A DNA stretch of 63,585 nt, filler included, from Bigelowiella natans CCMP2755 (taxonomy: Eukaryota > Protista > Cercozoa), in NCBI GenBank assembly GCA_000320545.1. It is 6 parts of 6 records of this genome, joined end to end, with 100 filler letters (N's around TTAATTAATTAA, not from the genome) between each part and the next. Parts side by side here need not be neighbours in the genome. Positions count along the whole stretch, not along the records: positions 1 to 14,140 come from ADNK01002189.1; positions 14,241 to 40,088 come from ADNK01000301.1; 4 more parts are not named here. One strand, given 5' to 3'. Position numbers and translations under genes: made by a program. Every line of letters begins with the position of its first letter. The first letter of the stretch is position 1. Shown piece after piece: positions 11,891 to 24,893 of this stretch. The notes beneath the pieces were generated by a model. It saw nothing but the letters and a program-made list of their open reading frames with translations. It was not told the origin of the DNA and ran no database searches.

Positions 11891-12756
11891 CTAAATCCAT
11901 TGCGAAGACATGCGCGTCCTGCGAGAATCATCACCAGACAACGACGGATACGCCTCCACGATGGCCGGGAGCACATCTGCCTCGAGGTGATCGACAACGC
12001 TGTTTTCCGGGTTCACCAGTATCAATCCACACCCTCTCAAGGAACTGTGCCGTTTGCTTCTCGGCTCTTTCTGACTCCCGCTGGTACCGGGCTCATCTCC
12101 ACCACTGCTATTCTCCTCAGGAATTCTTCCAACAATATCCAGTTCTATCTCGTATATTGTATTACCTAACAGGCACCGTTTTAAAGCACTCTTCGCTTTG
12201 ATCAAAGCCCTGCTTTTCTTCGTCACCGCTTCCGATATGTTGTCGCGGAGGAGAGGGTACCAGAGAATGTGTGTGCCCTGTTGGAATGCCTTTGTGGCGT
12301 CGAACAAGCCTTGAACTATCATCTGGTATTCCGAAGGGTGCTCGTAAGGCGGGTCTATCAAGCACATCGTAAGCTCCCCGCTCCCAGAGGCAGCAGCCAC
12401 CCGTTTCTTTCTTTCCTCAGCTGATTTGCAATGCCATGCTATGTTTCGATTCAATCCAGTCCAACATTACACCAAAAACACTTCTATCTGAAAAATGATT
12501 GGGTTGTTTGACGTGAGATCTTACCCTCTTTCCGCAAGAACTGAAAACCACACTGGGGCTGGATTTGGACATTTTGATGATCCGGAAATATATCTTTGGA
12601 GTTTTCGCGGAGAGTCTCAACATCCGACGGGTGCAATTCGCAAAGGACGACACGGGAGTCTTTGCTCAGATAAGGGGCAACGTAAGCTGGTGATCCTGGA
12701 TACCTGCATCATTCGTGCGCCATCCCATCGAAATCTGTTTGCATCATGTGTGCAGA

Positions 12757-12804
<48 letters not shown>

Positions 12805-13138
12805 GGGGGCTGTGTTACCAACGCGTCGCAGAGGTCTCCACATTGTATGACTGGATACATTCCAAGTAGGGGCGCAGTGCTGCAGCGTTGGCTGTTCTGC
12901 GAAACGCGGGAGAAGCCAGCAGCTGCGCGATCCCCGTCTTGTGCTCGTTCCGCTTCCGTGCTTGCTCGGATGTCAAGTCGTACAGCCCAATGCCCGCATG
13001 GGTTTCAACATAAGAGAGTGGCGTTCTCTCAGCCTTCGCCCGAGCTGAAAGGCGACCTGCCACAGTCGTAACGACGACGTGCTTCAGCACGTCGGCGATG
13101 TTGCCTGCATGGAACGCATGCCGATAGGACAGCACCAT
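11891..13138 (-). CDS. rlmJ: RlmJ-like 23S rRNA m6A methyltransferase, 3 exons (13138-12819, 12703-12525, 12420-11891)
   Basis: MVLSYRHAFHAGNIADVLKH, YVETHAGIGLYDL, WYPGSP, LCELHP, LIDPPYE (catalytic DPPY), LWYPLL and GCGLILVNP match the RlmJ/YhiR family. Two GT-AG introns restore the frame. The start could be as far upstream as 13201. Confidence 0.92.
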
Positions 13139-13513
13139 TACGTCGGGTCGCAACTCACCAAGGTACGTAGATGACGACAGGGTCATTTTGATGTCGTTCA
13201 TATGTAAACGACATGTGTTTCCTCATAATCCTAAGAATCTCCCCCGAGATACGTTCGAGATCCTGAGACGGGATTGGAGCGAATCCCTGGCCTCTTACCC
13301 GTAAAACCGCTTCACGGTTGGCCAAGCATTTAGAAGGAAATGGCATGTGATCGCGACGGGAGTCATGTGGGTGAGGAGAAATCTTTGCCAAAATGGAGAC
13401 GAAGACGCCCTGGCTGGGAGTCATTCCGGGACTTTTTTTAAGCCGAAAATACCTAAATCGATGCTCGTCCAAGATCGCAACAGGTACTAGCAGTTTGCGG
13501 CTCAGAAAGCGAA

Positions 13514-13785
13514 ATGAGCGACCCCTTTGCCAAGGCCCCCGAGGGCAGCACCAAGAAGAAAGAGGCGTTGGCTTGGCGATCCAAGTTTTTGGAGATTGCC
13601 AATGAGCAGAATTATAAGTTGAAGAGTGACAAGGAAGTGGCGGAGGTGGGTTGTTTCCCCTCTCCTCTCTGGCGGAAGCATGGAAGTCGAGCACATGAAA
13701 GCTTCTTCCACCCCTTCTTCCTCACTTTCCCCCTTTCCTTTTCCCTCCACTCTCATTATTCTTTGCTGTCCGTTTCGAATCGTCT

Positions 13786-13847
<62 letters not shown>

Positions 13848-13970
13848 TCTCACAGAGAAAAAATGACAGAATGAGCAAACTAGAACTATACACGTAATCC
13901 ATAATAGGAGCTGAAGAAGAACGGATTATCTGTGCTCTATGTCACCTGGTCCGATGTCGGGAGATCTAAG
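13514..13970 (+). CDS. 5' part of a hypothetical protein, truncated by the assembly gap
   Basis: Exon 13514-13645 (MSDPFAKAPEGSTKKKEALAWRSKFLEIANEQNYKLKSDKEVAE), then a GT-AG intron containing (CT)n, then exon 13908-13970 (ELKKNGLSVLYVTWSDVGRSK) in phase 0. Confidence 0.5.
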
Positions 13971-14140
13971 GTCGTGATGAGCCTTATTCTTTTACTCTTC
14001 TTCTTCCCATTGGGATAGAGCGAGAGTCAACTTTGACTAAAATAAGAACCCCCCCATGGGAACAAAAATCCCGGACATGCATTTCTTTGCAATGTTTCCT
14101 TCCCAGGTGGGAAAAGGTGGGGAGGGTGGGGAAAAGGAAG

Positions 14141-14240
14141 NNNNNNNNNNNNNNNNNNNNNNNNNNNNNNNNNNNNNNNNNNNNTTAATTAATTAANNNN
14201 NNNNNNNNNNNNNNNNNNNNNNNNNNNNNNNNNNNNNNNN
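14141..14240. other. Artificial scaffold linker N44-TTAATTAATTAA-N44
   Basis: An identical 100-bp unit, with stops in all six frames, occurs five times in the window. Confidence 0.97.
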
Positions 14241-15243
14241 GAGTCTCGAGCCGTTGTAGAACTGCACAAGTACAGCAGCACCAGCTACTGTTCATCAGCA
14301 GCATTACGGGTAGTTAGTACAGCCTCGATCGACCTGGTGCTAATCTTGATATCCCCCCCGTCTGCTTTCTCCTCCGCACCCCCCCCCCCCTCAGCACTGG
14401 AGGAGCTCTTATCCCTATTTCCCTTGGTGCCTCCCTCCCCCCCCCCAATTGTGCGAAGATGATAGTGGAGCAAGCGTCGTCCTCCCCCAGCATCTATTGT
14501 GCCCTCTCCGCGTGGAGAAGCAGCTGTTGTCAAATGTCCCTGTTTGAATTACCCAGCGGCTAGTAACGAAGCCGCTCTGCGATAGGTCGTGCACCGATTT
14601 CATCTTCCCTAAACACCCAGCAGCAGCCACGCTTATGCGCCGGCAGACTCGCGCATTGGCGGGGCGTGCAGCAATCCCAGGCTTCGGGAAGAGGCGGAGA
14701 AAGCTGAGGGGACGTGGGAGGAGGGGTATATTTAGCAAGAAGTAGAGGAGATTTTTATGGATAGATGATACAACAATAATCATAAATGGCTGAAGCAAGA
14801 GACCACCGGGGAGACAGAGGTATATCGGCAGCAGCAGCAATAGCGGGAGAAGGGGGGGGGGGTATATTTAAGAGGTGGTGGAGCGGCTTCACACATTACG
14901 ATCCTCCCAACCATCAAAATGCAAAGAAAATCACCCCATGTGAATTTTGTCTCCTCCTCCTCGTTGTTTTGCAGGAGTAGCAGCTGCTGCTCTCTGGCAG
15001 TAAGGGTAGAGGCCTGTGGCCATACGAGTTGTCATCGTCATCGTTGTCGTTCTTGGGGTCGTCAAAGCTGAGGAGCTGGTAAAAAGGTAATATAGCAACC
15101 AGGCTGTCGTAATATGAACCCTTGACATTCACTATTGTCGATAGAATCGTTTTGATCGGGGAGAAGTGGGAGGGGGGGCACGGGGGGTCGTGGCTCAGAA
15201 GCATGGGCTGCAGCCCATGCTGGCGTATAGAATTTGAAAACAT
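14241..15243 (-). CDS. Probable 5' part of a hypothetical multi-exon gene, truncated by the gap
   Basis: GC-richer open segments bounded by plausible splice sites, divergent from the gene at 15492. No recognisable domain, and the exon frames are unresolved. Confidence 0.3.
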
Positions 15244-15491
15244 TTTTTACACCAAAAACATCTAAATAAGTATTTATTTTACAAGAAGAATCAGAAACAA
15301 GTGTCCCTCAATTTGCGCATAATCTTAATTTTTTAACAATAATTATTAGGTAATATAGGCTTTATTTTTAACCCATAAAATTGCTGGAATTCGTGCCGAG
15401 CTGGGTTCAGCTGCACAGTGGCATTTGGAACACGGCCGGTACCGCCCCCCTCCCCCCCACATCGTGATTTCTACTGTATCATCCCGAGATC

Positions 15492-16244
15492 ATGGGATAT
15501 AAGTCGAAGGTGGAACTGCTTCATCGTATACTGCTCTCTCGAGAGCTAAAGCCGTATGTTAAGTCCTTCCCGACGGCCATCATCATCTCTAGTATGGGCC
15601 TCGTTATCCACCGCTGGTGCTACAACCCGGCAAAGCTGGGAAAGGCGATGCAGAAGTACGTTTTTTTTTAGTTATACTGAGCGTGCTATTGTGCTAGGTA
15701 AAGTGCGTCATATTTGCGTACGAGTGCACTGAGCTGGCCACTGGTTTTTGCGCACCCCCCCAATAATTTTTTCCGTTTAGATTCCACGACTACCATTGCG
15801 GATTTACGACGGAGAATTTGAGGCAGTTTCGTGAGGAGATGAAGCGAACAGGATGGGTCAAGAACGAGACGGCCAGAAAGTGAGTAGAATCAGCAGCAGC
15901 AGCAGCATTCGTAAGTAAGAAATGCAGTATTGTATTGGTGTTATACCGGTGTTTAATGTAGTTGCTTAGCAAGTAATCGTAGTCATAGGATTATGATGCA
16001 GGCGATTTCGAACATAAAGTTTGCCGTATCGTAGTGCTCTGAATTCCCTCCCTCCTTATTAATGTTTCTGCTGTTCTTCACAGGTACATCGAGGGTTTCA
16101 CGCTTCGATCCACGCATCGAATCGCCAAGACTTTTCTCAGGGTTATGGCGATAAAGTCCATCATAATGATGAAGCTGCCGCTACCGATCAAAAAGCATTT
16201 TATTCAATACATCAGGTCAAGTGATGATACTGCTGATGGCTCCC

Positions 16245-16294
<50 letters not shown>

Positions 16295-16330
16295 TATATT
16301 AGCATTGGCCTATATGACAAAGGAACTTAA
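15492..16330 (+). CDS. Small hypothetical protein (~145 aa, 5 exons)
   Basis: Splices in frame as MGYKSKVELLHRILLSRELKP|MGLVIHRWCYNPAKLGKAMQK|FHDYHCGFTTENLRQFREEMKRTGWVKNETARK|YIEGFTLRSTHRIAKTFLRVMAIKSIIMMKLPLPIKKHFIQYIS|IGLYDKGT* using four phase-2 GT-AG introns. Confidence 0.7.
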
Positions 16331-16419
16331 ATGTTATTCATCCGACCACGCACACCGCATACATCGTGCAAGGGAGAAGCCCCACGTGCTCAAATACAAA
16401 ATTTGAAATCAGGACATAC

Positions 16420-16450
<31 letters not shown>

Positions 16451-17836
16451 TACACAGACTTACACTTGCGCTGAGCCTTCACTGTTGTGTTTTGTTTTAA
16501 GGACATGCCTAACGTGCGTGGTCGCATACCAAATTGCGATTAGAATGGTGATCATTTGGAACAACATGAAGTCCACGCCACCCCCCACCTGGTTAATCAA
16601 AGCGATGTTCCTGCTTCCAGGACTCGCTGTATTTCTTGAGGGGGGGGCTCGAAGGGTAATGTACCGTGGATGGAGAAGAAGAGGGGGGGATTGAAAGAAG
16701 TGAGTGAGCGGTAGTTCCTGTTACGAAGGAGGAGCAGGGGACAGGAGGAGAGAAAGGAGGGATGGATGAGGTGGTGGGGGGGAGCGTACACAACCGTTGT
16801 AATCATATGATTGGTACGTAAATAATTATTAGGTGGACCTCGCAGCATTCTTCATTGCAAGCCAGATTCTATCGTTCCTCGAGGAGAGAAATATCAACTC
16901 TCTTTCCTTTCACGCGCTATCTTCTTGCGTCCTAGGGTACAGGGCGTTTAAACCTCGCTCGTGATCGTGGACGGAAGAAGGAAATGAGACGTTTTCGAAC
17001 GGTTAAACTGGGATTGATAGCATGCTTGCCCCCTGATAATCGTGTGTGACGCGCTGACATCAAACACCTTCTAGCTCTCAGAGTAATAATTCGAAGAGAT
17101 ATTCTCTGACAAGATGGCCAGCACTGATATTAATCATCATCGCTGGTGTGCATCGTCGTATTTGCAGCTCATTAACAATAATAGTCCTCTGATTATACTG
17201 AGTATGTGTTTGTTTGTGTGGTTCTTGTGACTGACATGCCTGCTAATCTGCACACGAATGCAGCATGCTTTTTGCCTACATTTAGTACATAGTCGTATGT
17301 GAGTAAACATAGCGCAGCTACATGCGTATGGTGACAGTGACAATAAACGAACAGCATCGTATCATGCTGTACGTATACGCAGCAACTAGATAAGATTACG
17401 GCAGCATGCATCCTGCTTTGCATACATGTGCGTTGATCGATGCACAGCATGTAGTGCGCACAATGGACATATGTGCGTGTCCGATACACATGCATATATT
17501 CTCACACGTGCACTGTGAAGCTGCACGCATCACTTGCCGCGTGCACACGCAAGTGCCTGATGAAATAAGGTCTGCTCAGAATCGAACAAAACGGGCCGAT
17601 TACGACATGAATGGAGGCGCTGAGGTCCATGAGGCACCTCATGTACGATACGTGGTCATGCTGCTGCGTGTCATTATTTGCTGCCGTACTTCCTTGCGGC
17701 ATACACACGGAGCTCGCTGTGTGCGACACTGCTAGACTGCGTGCGCCCAAGAATTGTGCACATGTCATAACATCATTAATATTATTACTTTATTAGTTGG
17801 GAAAGCAAAGACACCTTCCTGCGACGGGTTCACAAA

Positions 17837-18548
17837 CTACAACAATGGTTTTGATTCTTCATTCTCATCGCAGCCTTCGTCATCGTCACGCTTGGCTTCC
17901 AAACCTCTCACATCGACGATGTGTGCGTCTCTACTACTCGCATTCACAGCAACCGTCCCTACCGCAGCGACTACTTCTGAACCCCTCCCATTGCTAACCC
18001 TTCGTGATTGATGCCCCCGTTGATTTCCTTTATGATAGTGATTCTCCTTGTCCCTCCTCTGCTTTGCCACGATGGTCTCCCAATCGGCGAGGATAGGCCG
18101 ATAAAGGAAAAGAATGCTAGCAATGCACATCGCAGCCAGCAGCATGTAGACGACGTGCCAACCCCCCTCCAGCAAGAGTAGGAAGGGAAGAGAAACCTGA
18201 CCTACGGCTGAACCCATGTTCCCTGACGATTTAAAAAGAAGGGAACAGTAAGCTTTATGGGGGGGGGGAGGGGGGGGGAGGTTAATGCGGGCATGCAGAT
18301 GCACCCGATCCACAGATCAGTCCATTGAAAGTCGCCACAAGTTTCATTTTCCCTTGCCCTTGCTTCTCCCCGCGGCTCCTCGAATCGCCGTCCTGCTTCT
18401 TGGAAAAGTAGGTATCTGCCTTGAGTGCCAGGTCACCAGCTATCACGCTGCTCAGCATGACTACGGGACCTCCCAACGCCAACCCGGAGAGGAAGAGTAG
18501 GGCTATCATCTCGATCATAAATATGCCTGTATGTAACGCATGAATACA

Positions 18549-18581
<33 letters not shown>

Positions 18582-18762
18582 GCATTTCATAGTGTATTTT
18601 ACATTCGATGTTAAGGGGTCAAGCTGATGTAAAAAAGAGAGGAGGGGAAGATATCAAATGGCTTTATGAGCCTGGCTATTTCGTGCGTCCAGAATTGTCA
18701 TTGGTCGCCTTTTTCATATTCATCGTTATGATACGCAACCGCGTTTATGCGACCACGACGCA

Positions 18763-18838
<76 letters not shown>

Positions 18839-20322
18839 TACATACCTTTATTCACAAACACGAAGAGGAGGAGGCTGGCCGAGGCTGTGAGCATCATGGT
18901 TGCGGACGTTATCGCCCGTGCCCCCCCCAAACTATCGCTCATCATCCCCCCTAGCACACCGCCCAAGATCAGCCCCACGTCGTGAGCGTTTGAGACATAG
19001 CCGCTGATTAGTCACGCACACAAAAAGGGAGGAGGAGGAGGAGGAGGAGGAGGAGGAGGAGGAGGAGGAGGAGGAGAGGCAGCCATATGAACCCAAGGGC
19101 ATAGGGATAATTACCCGAAATCGATCCGAAATCGTGGAGCAAGAAGAAAACGGTAGCAATATCAGAACGTCTCCTAGATAGGTACCTTTGGCTGCATTTC
19201 ACGCACAGGTGGTCATGGAGGTACAGCGGCGTCCAGAAGAACAGCGTATATTCGACGAGCTTCAGGCACGCGTAGGCCGAGCAACAGCTCCAGAGCCCAG
19301 GGAGCATTACGGCTTCGCACCACGACACAGAGGAGGAAGAAGAGGAGGATGAAGTTTGGGAGTTCTGTGTAACCTCCTCATCTTTCTTCCGCGAGGTGAT
19401 GCCATTATTATTGTTATCACCATCGGGCTCTATCATCAGGAGGACGACCAGCAGCATGGCAGACATCACCAGCGCGGGGACGAGAAAGAGGTAGAACAAA
19501 TCCAACTCGCATTCGATGAGAAAGGACACCTGCAGAGGTAGTAAGAAGGGTCCGACACAAGAAACTACGATTAGAATGTCTCTTCGATGGTGGTACTAGC
19601 GAAACGATATCAGAAATTACGCCTCATCCTACTCTTCTGCAGCTTGTAATGCTCTATGAACCAGAATCATCATCATTATCATCATCATTATCATCATCAT
19701 CATCGCCATCCTCGCTCAAGGAAGAGAACAACAGGAAAGGCAGCACCATGGTGACTCTCAGTCGGTCTCATGTGCGAGTGGGGCGAGGAGGGGTATGTGC
19801 GTGAGTAGTAAGGCCTATAAATCAGCCACCGCGTCACACGTGACGTACACGTACCAGCATAGAGCCCAGGATATTACCGACCCACGGATTCGCTCCCCAG
19901 TACCTATGCAACAACAATACGGAGCAGAGGAAAACAATGAGAGCGTGAATGAGGAGGGGAGGAGGGGGGGGGCTGGGCAAAACGGCAAGGCACATTCATT
20001 ATACCCGAACCAGCGACCACGGTGAGGCGATGACTCAAGTCGGGAGGAGAGCAACTTAATCTAGTAGGCGAAGAAATGGCCAAATCACAGCAGGAAGGAG
20101 AGGCCAATCATAACAGCTGACGACGGCCGAGTAAACTACTAAAATCGAAGAAATGTTCATACATATACTCGCGCAGCAAGCTTACGCAAGCTGCTGCTAC
20201 ACCCCCCCCGCCCTCTCCTCCTCTGCCTCCTCCTCCTCCTACTACTACTACAACCGCGCAGGGCCATCCCGTTGAGTGAGCAATGCCCTCGAATCCACGG
20301 AGCAACAAGAGAAACCTACCCC

Positions 20323-20359
<37 letters not shown>

Positions 20360-20488
20360 CATTCGTTCAGTCGCCGCAACAAGAGGCATAGCTTCAATGG
20401 GAAGCAGCGACATAAAGACGAAGGGAAAGTTGTTATCGTCAATGGTATGCTGGTGCTGCTCGTGCTACTGCGCTGTTACCACTACTAT

Positions 20489-20523
<35 letters not shown>

Positions 20524-20605
20524 ACCCTACTACCAGAGTGTATCAAGCTGCATGATTCTCGCGAAACCGAATAAAATCTGAATTATGATGCTCCCGATCT
20601 GATCA

Positions 20606-20636
<31 letters not shown>

Positions 20637-21777
20637 GATATACTCAATGTAATATATGTAAATGACAATGTTCCTAAGATAGTTTGTGACGTGGTCAAAT
20701 TGTATTTGTTTTTGCGCCCCAGGAGAAAAGCTGCTCTTCGTTTGTATCTAAAGGCTGCCACGGCAACTAACCATTCCCAGGACGAGCAGTGATTTTGCGC
20801 CGTACGTATCCGCACAGCGCCCACTAATGTGATGGCGATCCCAATTTTGATGAGGAGGGGGAAGAGGAAAAGGAAAAGAAGAAGGCGTGAATGGGCGCAG
20901 GAGGAGAAGCAGCGAGGAATGTAATTGATACAGCGAAGGACTGCGCAGGCCTGAATCTTTCAATCATTTTGGAGGTAGAAGAAGGAGGAGGGATACTATA
21001 ATTCTTTCTTTTATCGTATCATCACCTCATTGTCAGGCCGATGGCGTAAAACACGAGGAAGCACGTGTCCATAAAACCCATCTCTCTGAGGACAAAAGAG
21101 CAATAAGAACAAAACATTCACAATATGTATATATGCCCTCATTTTTTCATTAGTGCAACCAGAAGAAAAATAAAAAAAAATGGCCGTGTATGGCGTTATC
21201 CATCACTCGAGCCAATGAATCATCCAGAGGGAAAACCAAGCATCTTCAAAGAAATTCTGCAGTATGTAGAAGAAAAGGGGAAGTTTTCTGACCTTTTGGT
21301 GATTCCCCACTGCTCCTCTAGCATCATCTTGCTGCAGATGTAGCCCTTCCTCACAATGTGGAAACTAAACGTTTATTCGATATTCATATCATCTATCGGA
21401 TTGAGAGGGCTCATGAGCGATTTGAATGAATCACCTAGCAAAGGCCATGAACGTAACACCGAAGACTACGTATAACTCCCAGTTGGCATCAGCTTCTTGA
21501 GCCAGAGGGTGACGATGACGGCTGCTTCCTAGAAAGAAAAATGAACAAGAAGAAGAAGCAACAAGAAACAATAGGGGTGATTAATGAAAGAAGAAATAAA
21601 AGGGAGCGAGATTGGGATTGTAAATCTGCAGGAACAGCGCTTCGTTGTGCAATTAATGATGATGAAGGGCTGCTTACCGAATGATAATCCATCTTTAGCA
21701 TTTGGCTCTCCCTTTAGCTTTTGCTTCTGCACTTCCTCCTTATTCTGCGGAGGTTCGATGCAGGGCGAGGACGGCAT
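17837..21777 (-). CDS. MFS organophosphate:Pi antiporter family transporter (SLC37/GlpT-like sugar-phosphate exchanger), multi-exon
   Basis: Spliced segments VFGVTFMAFAS|FHIVRKGY, MDTCFLVFYAIGL, FEGIAHSTGWP, CLKLVEYTLFFWTPLYL, DVGLILGGVLGGMMSD, LALGGP...AGDL and ATFNGLICGSG|NMGSAVG match SLC37/GlpT motifs. Confidence 0.85.
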
Positions 21778-22426
21778 GGCTGGAAATCACCACCCTCCCG
21801 TGGTTTCTGCCTGCTAGGGGACGGGGATTGTGGGGAGGCAACGACAACTTGTTCAAAAATTCAAATAAAAATCATCCGTTTCGCTTGCAAATGTTGCTTC
21901 GCATGCGGCTTTAATCATGCGACAACGATTTTTCAAAGACGACATGAATTTTCCTTTGTGAAGTCAAGATTTCAAGATCGTGACGCTGGAGGAATTACCG
22001 GTGCCGGTAGGGTGTGGCCGGGGATATGTTGTCGCTCTGTTAAAATCAGTTCGAAATTGTTACTTGCGACAACAACACAGCGGAACAGCCCCGCACACCA
22101 CCAGGAACAGGAAGAGGGTTTCGAGTATGCGATGATGATGATCCTTAAGTCTGGCTCCGGCCTGCTACTCAGCGGGCTACTCGGTCGGTAGGGGGGTGGA
22201 AATGGGAATTGGTGCGCGTTTGGAAAGCGAGGGTGTTTTTTGCAAGGCCTAGGCCGCTCGCCACGAAACTGTTCTTGGGCTTGCGTTTTTTTTTTTTTTT
22301 CTCTCTCCCTCTCCACACTTTTCGATAGTAAGAATCAAGTACCATCTAAGTACGTTATAAATTGTTGAACAGCTTCCTGAATGTTGTTACCAAAGTGTTG
22401 TTCTACTCAACTTGGAACTCTATTTG

Positions 22427-23838
22427 ATGTCGTTTTGTGTTTGTTTGGTTGTCTCTTTAGCCATGATCTTCGTGGGGAGCTTGTACATATGGAAGAACGA
22501 TAAAGAGAGAGACCACCCAGAAACGATACAGAAAAGGTGCAGCTGCGCTTTTAATCTTTGTTGTGTGCGGTGATGGTTTGATGAGGATGAGTGACAATTA
22601 TGAGATGCAAGTAGTGCATGAACATCCTCTACATGACTGCTCTCTGAGCAGAGGTTACAACGTAAAGAATATGACCACTTCGGTGCCAATCGATCAGGTT
22701 CATAAGTATGGCCTTCTGCTGCATCATCTCCCCCATCCACGTTATCATGTTCATCCATTTTCAAGAGACGGAAGAGGTCACTTTACCAGAAGTTGTGTAT
22801 TAGGCTTTAACTCTCATTTTATACCAATTTGTTCTCCCTAGATTGGTATAACCGAACAAACTATGTGAATGCAGGTGGACTATCTGACATGGCTCGGCCT
22901 CTCTCCAATAGGCCTCCCTGCAGGTATGATGAGTGATGCTTCTTCTCCTCTCACGCTGCTACGTTACTATGTAGTGAGAGGCTAACGTTGATGGCAGCAA
23001 CCACCGCCATCTTCATCATCCTCACCATTGTTATGAGCATCCTCCACTAGCACCGAGTGATTCTTCCTTATTAACGTATCAGCCGTGATCCTTCCTCTGG
23101 CGCTCACCGCCACTCTATTCCTCGGGCCTCTTGTTGACATTTTTTGGCTCGACAAGAGTAGTCATTTGGAGAGCCCACTAGCCATTTTCACCGCTCTGAC
23201 AACGGACCTGCGAAAGATGCGTAACTATGTTGTTGCCCCGTTTGCTGAAGAACTGGTGTACCGAGCGTGCATCCTCTCGGTAGTGATGCATGCGCTCGAT
23301 GCAATCTGCTGTCACTGGCTCCTCTCTTCTATGCTGCTGTGTATACCTCCCACTACAGTGTGGAGAAGATGATTGATGATCGTAGGAGAGTGTGTGTGCG
23401 CGAATAATTATATGAGCGCTTACCGACTTGGTGACTACTACTTCACTTCTTTGCCTTTCTTGTGGCCGACAACCCCCCTCCTCCGGTCATTCTTGGGAAA
23501 TTGAAAACTCTCATACTGACCCTGCTCTCTTCATTCGCCACGTATTCCTTCTCCCCTCCTCCACCACTAACTAGGTGCTCGTATACTCGGGCTGGTCTCT
23601 CACCCTTGCCAGCGTGATAGCACCGCTAATGTTCGGAATAGGTTATTAATGCCGTGGTGATTGTTGTAGGAGGTGCTTTCGCTGTTGGCGGGGGTTGTTC
23701 TCTTGTCGCGTTGAATGATTGCAAGATCAAGAATTATATATCTATTGTAAACGGATTCGTCGCTAGAATTCATATATGACCCTCGCAGCCCTTTCTCTAT
23801 CTCTCCCTCTCTCTCTGCGCGCGCGCACGCGTGCGCTC

Positions 23839-23870
<32 letters not shown>

Positions 23871-24764
23871 TATGAAACCATGTATATGCGTACGTGATCG
23901 TCGTCTCGCAGCCCCACATCCCCTCCATGAGTTATCCTTCTTTACATACAGCCCACTTGCATCATTTTCGACATCTAACAAGGCACGCTGGATACGGTAG
24001 TAATGTTTCCTTTGATCCACCAGTCTCTCTTACAACCGCACTCTCTTACCTCGTATTCAACCTATAAATCAGACCGTGAGCGGTCGATGCGGATTGTGTG
24101 TTTTCAAGCCGGCTACACAACGCTTTTTGGAATATACGCAAGCTTTCTCTTCCTGAGAACCGGCCATTTTGTCGCGCCCTTCTTGTCACACGCCTTCTGC
24201 AATTATATGGTCCGCCTTATTGAGTGTGGTGTTCGATTGTCGTGAGTGAGGTTGTGTCTGTGTGCGTCGTGTGGCTACGTAAGCAAGATATATTACCATG
24301 ATAAAGATAGCGATTATCGTTATCAATCACCATCATCATCATCATCATGATCATAATCATCCTACAAAGGGTCTCCCGGAGCTCCATCGTCTGAATTCAT
24401 CCAAGGACAAGAATATCCTCATAGTCGCGTACCTTGCCGGCATCATCGGTATTTTTTTTGATAATATTGATATTTCACACTACTTGAATGTCACATACTG
24501 AGGGATAAGAATACTACTACTTCTTCAATTATATCCGAAGAAGAGATAGCACATCTAGACACTGTGAAACGAGCTTTTCACAGCTCAAAATATAGTTCTT
24601 TGTCCGCGCTAATTATGCCGAACGATTCATTCTAGCGCTCGTGGTTGTTTCAAATAGATTTGCTCGTTGTTCTCTCTGTAGGTTTCTTCGCGTTGTTGAT
24701 GCCGCTCACCAATCCGGAGTGGTACAATCCGTACATTTGGAACTTCGTCCCAAGCGAAAATTAA
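22427..24764 (+). CDS. RCE1: CAAX prenyl protease 2 (Rce1, type II CAAX endopeptidase), multi-exon
   Basis: FVGSLYIW...[27 protein letters not shown] (EExxxR), FGI|[15 protein letters not shown] and [17 protein letters not shown]|GLP. Confidence 0.92.
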
Positions 24765-24857
24765 CCCCTGAAAGTTGGACTCATCGACGAAGAAGAGGAG
24801 GTTGGAACTACTTGGCAAGCAAAGGCTAAAGCATATATCAAAATATTACATAAACAA

Positions 24858-24893
<36 letters not shown>

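Noticed and set aside
13155-13694. 179-aa minus-strand ORF upstream of rlmJ as a possible targeting extension
   Set aside because: It is in a different frame, overlaps the divergent gene's first exon and promoter, and I found no supportable splice joining it to rlmJ.
14141-14240. TTAATTAATTAA palindrome recurring five times (possible TTAA transposon target or regulatory site)
   Set aside because: It is always centred in exactly 100 bp of Ns, so it is an assembly linker. Adjacency across these linkers is therefore not trusted.
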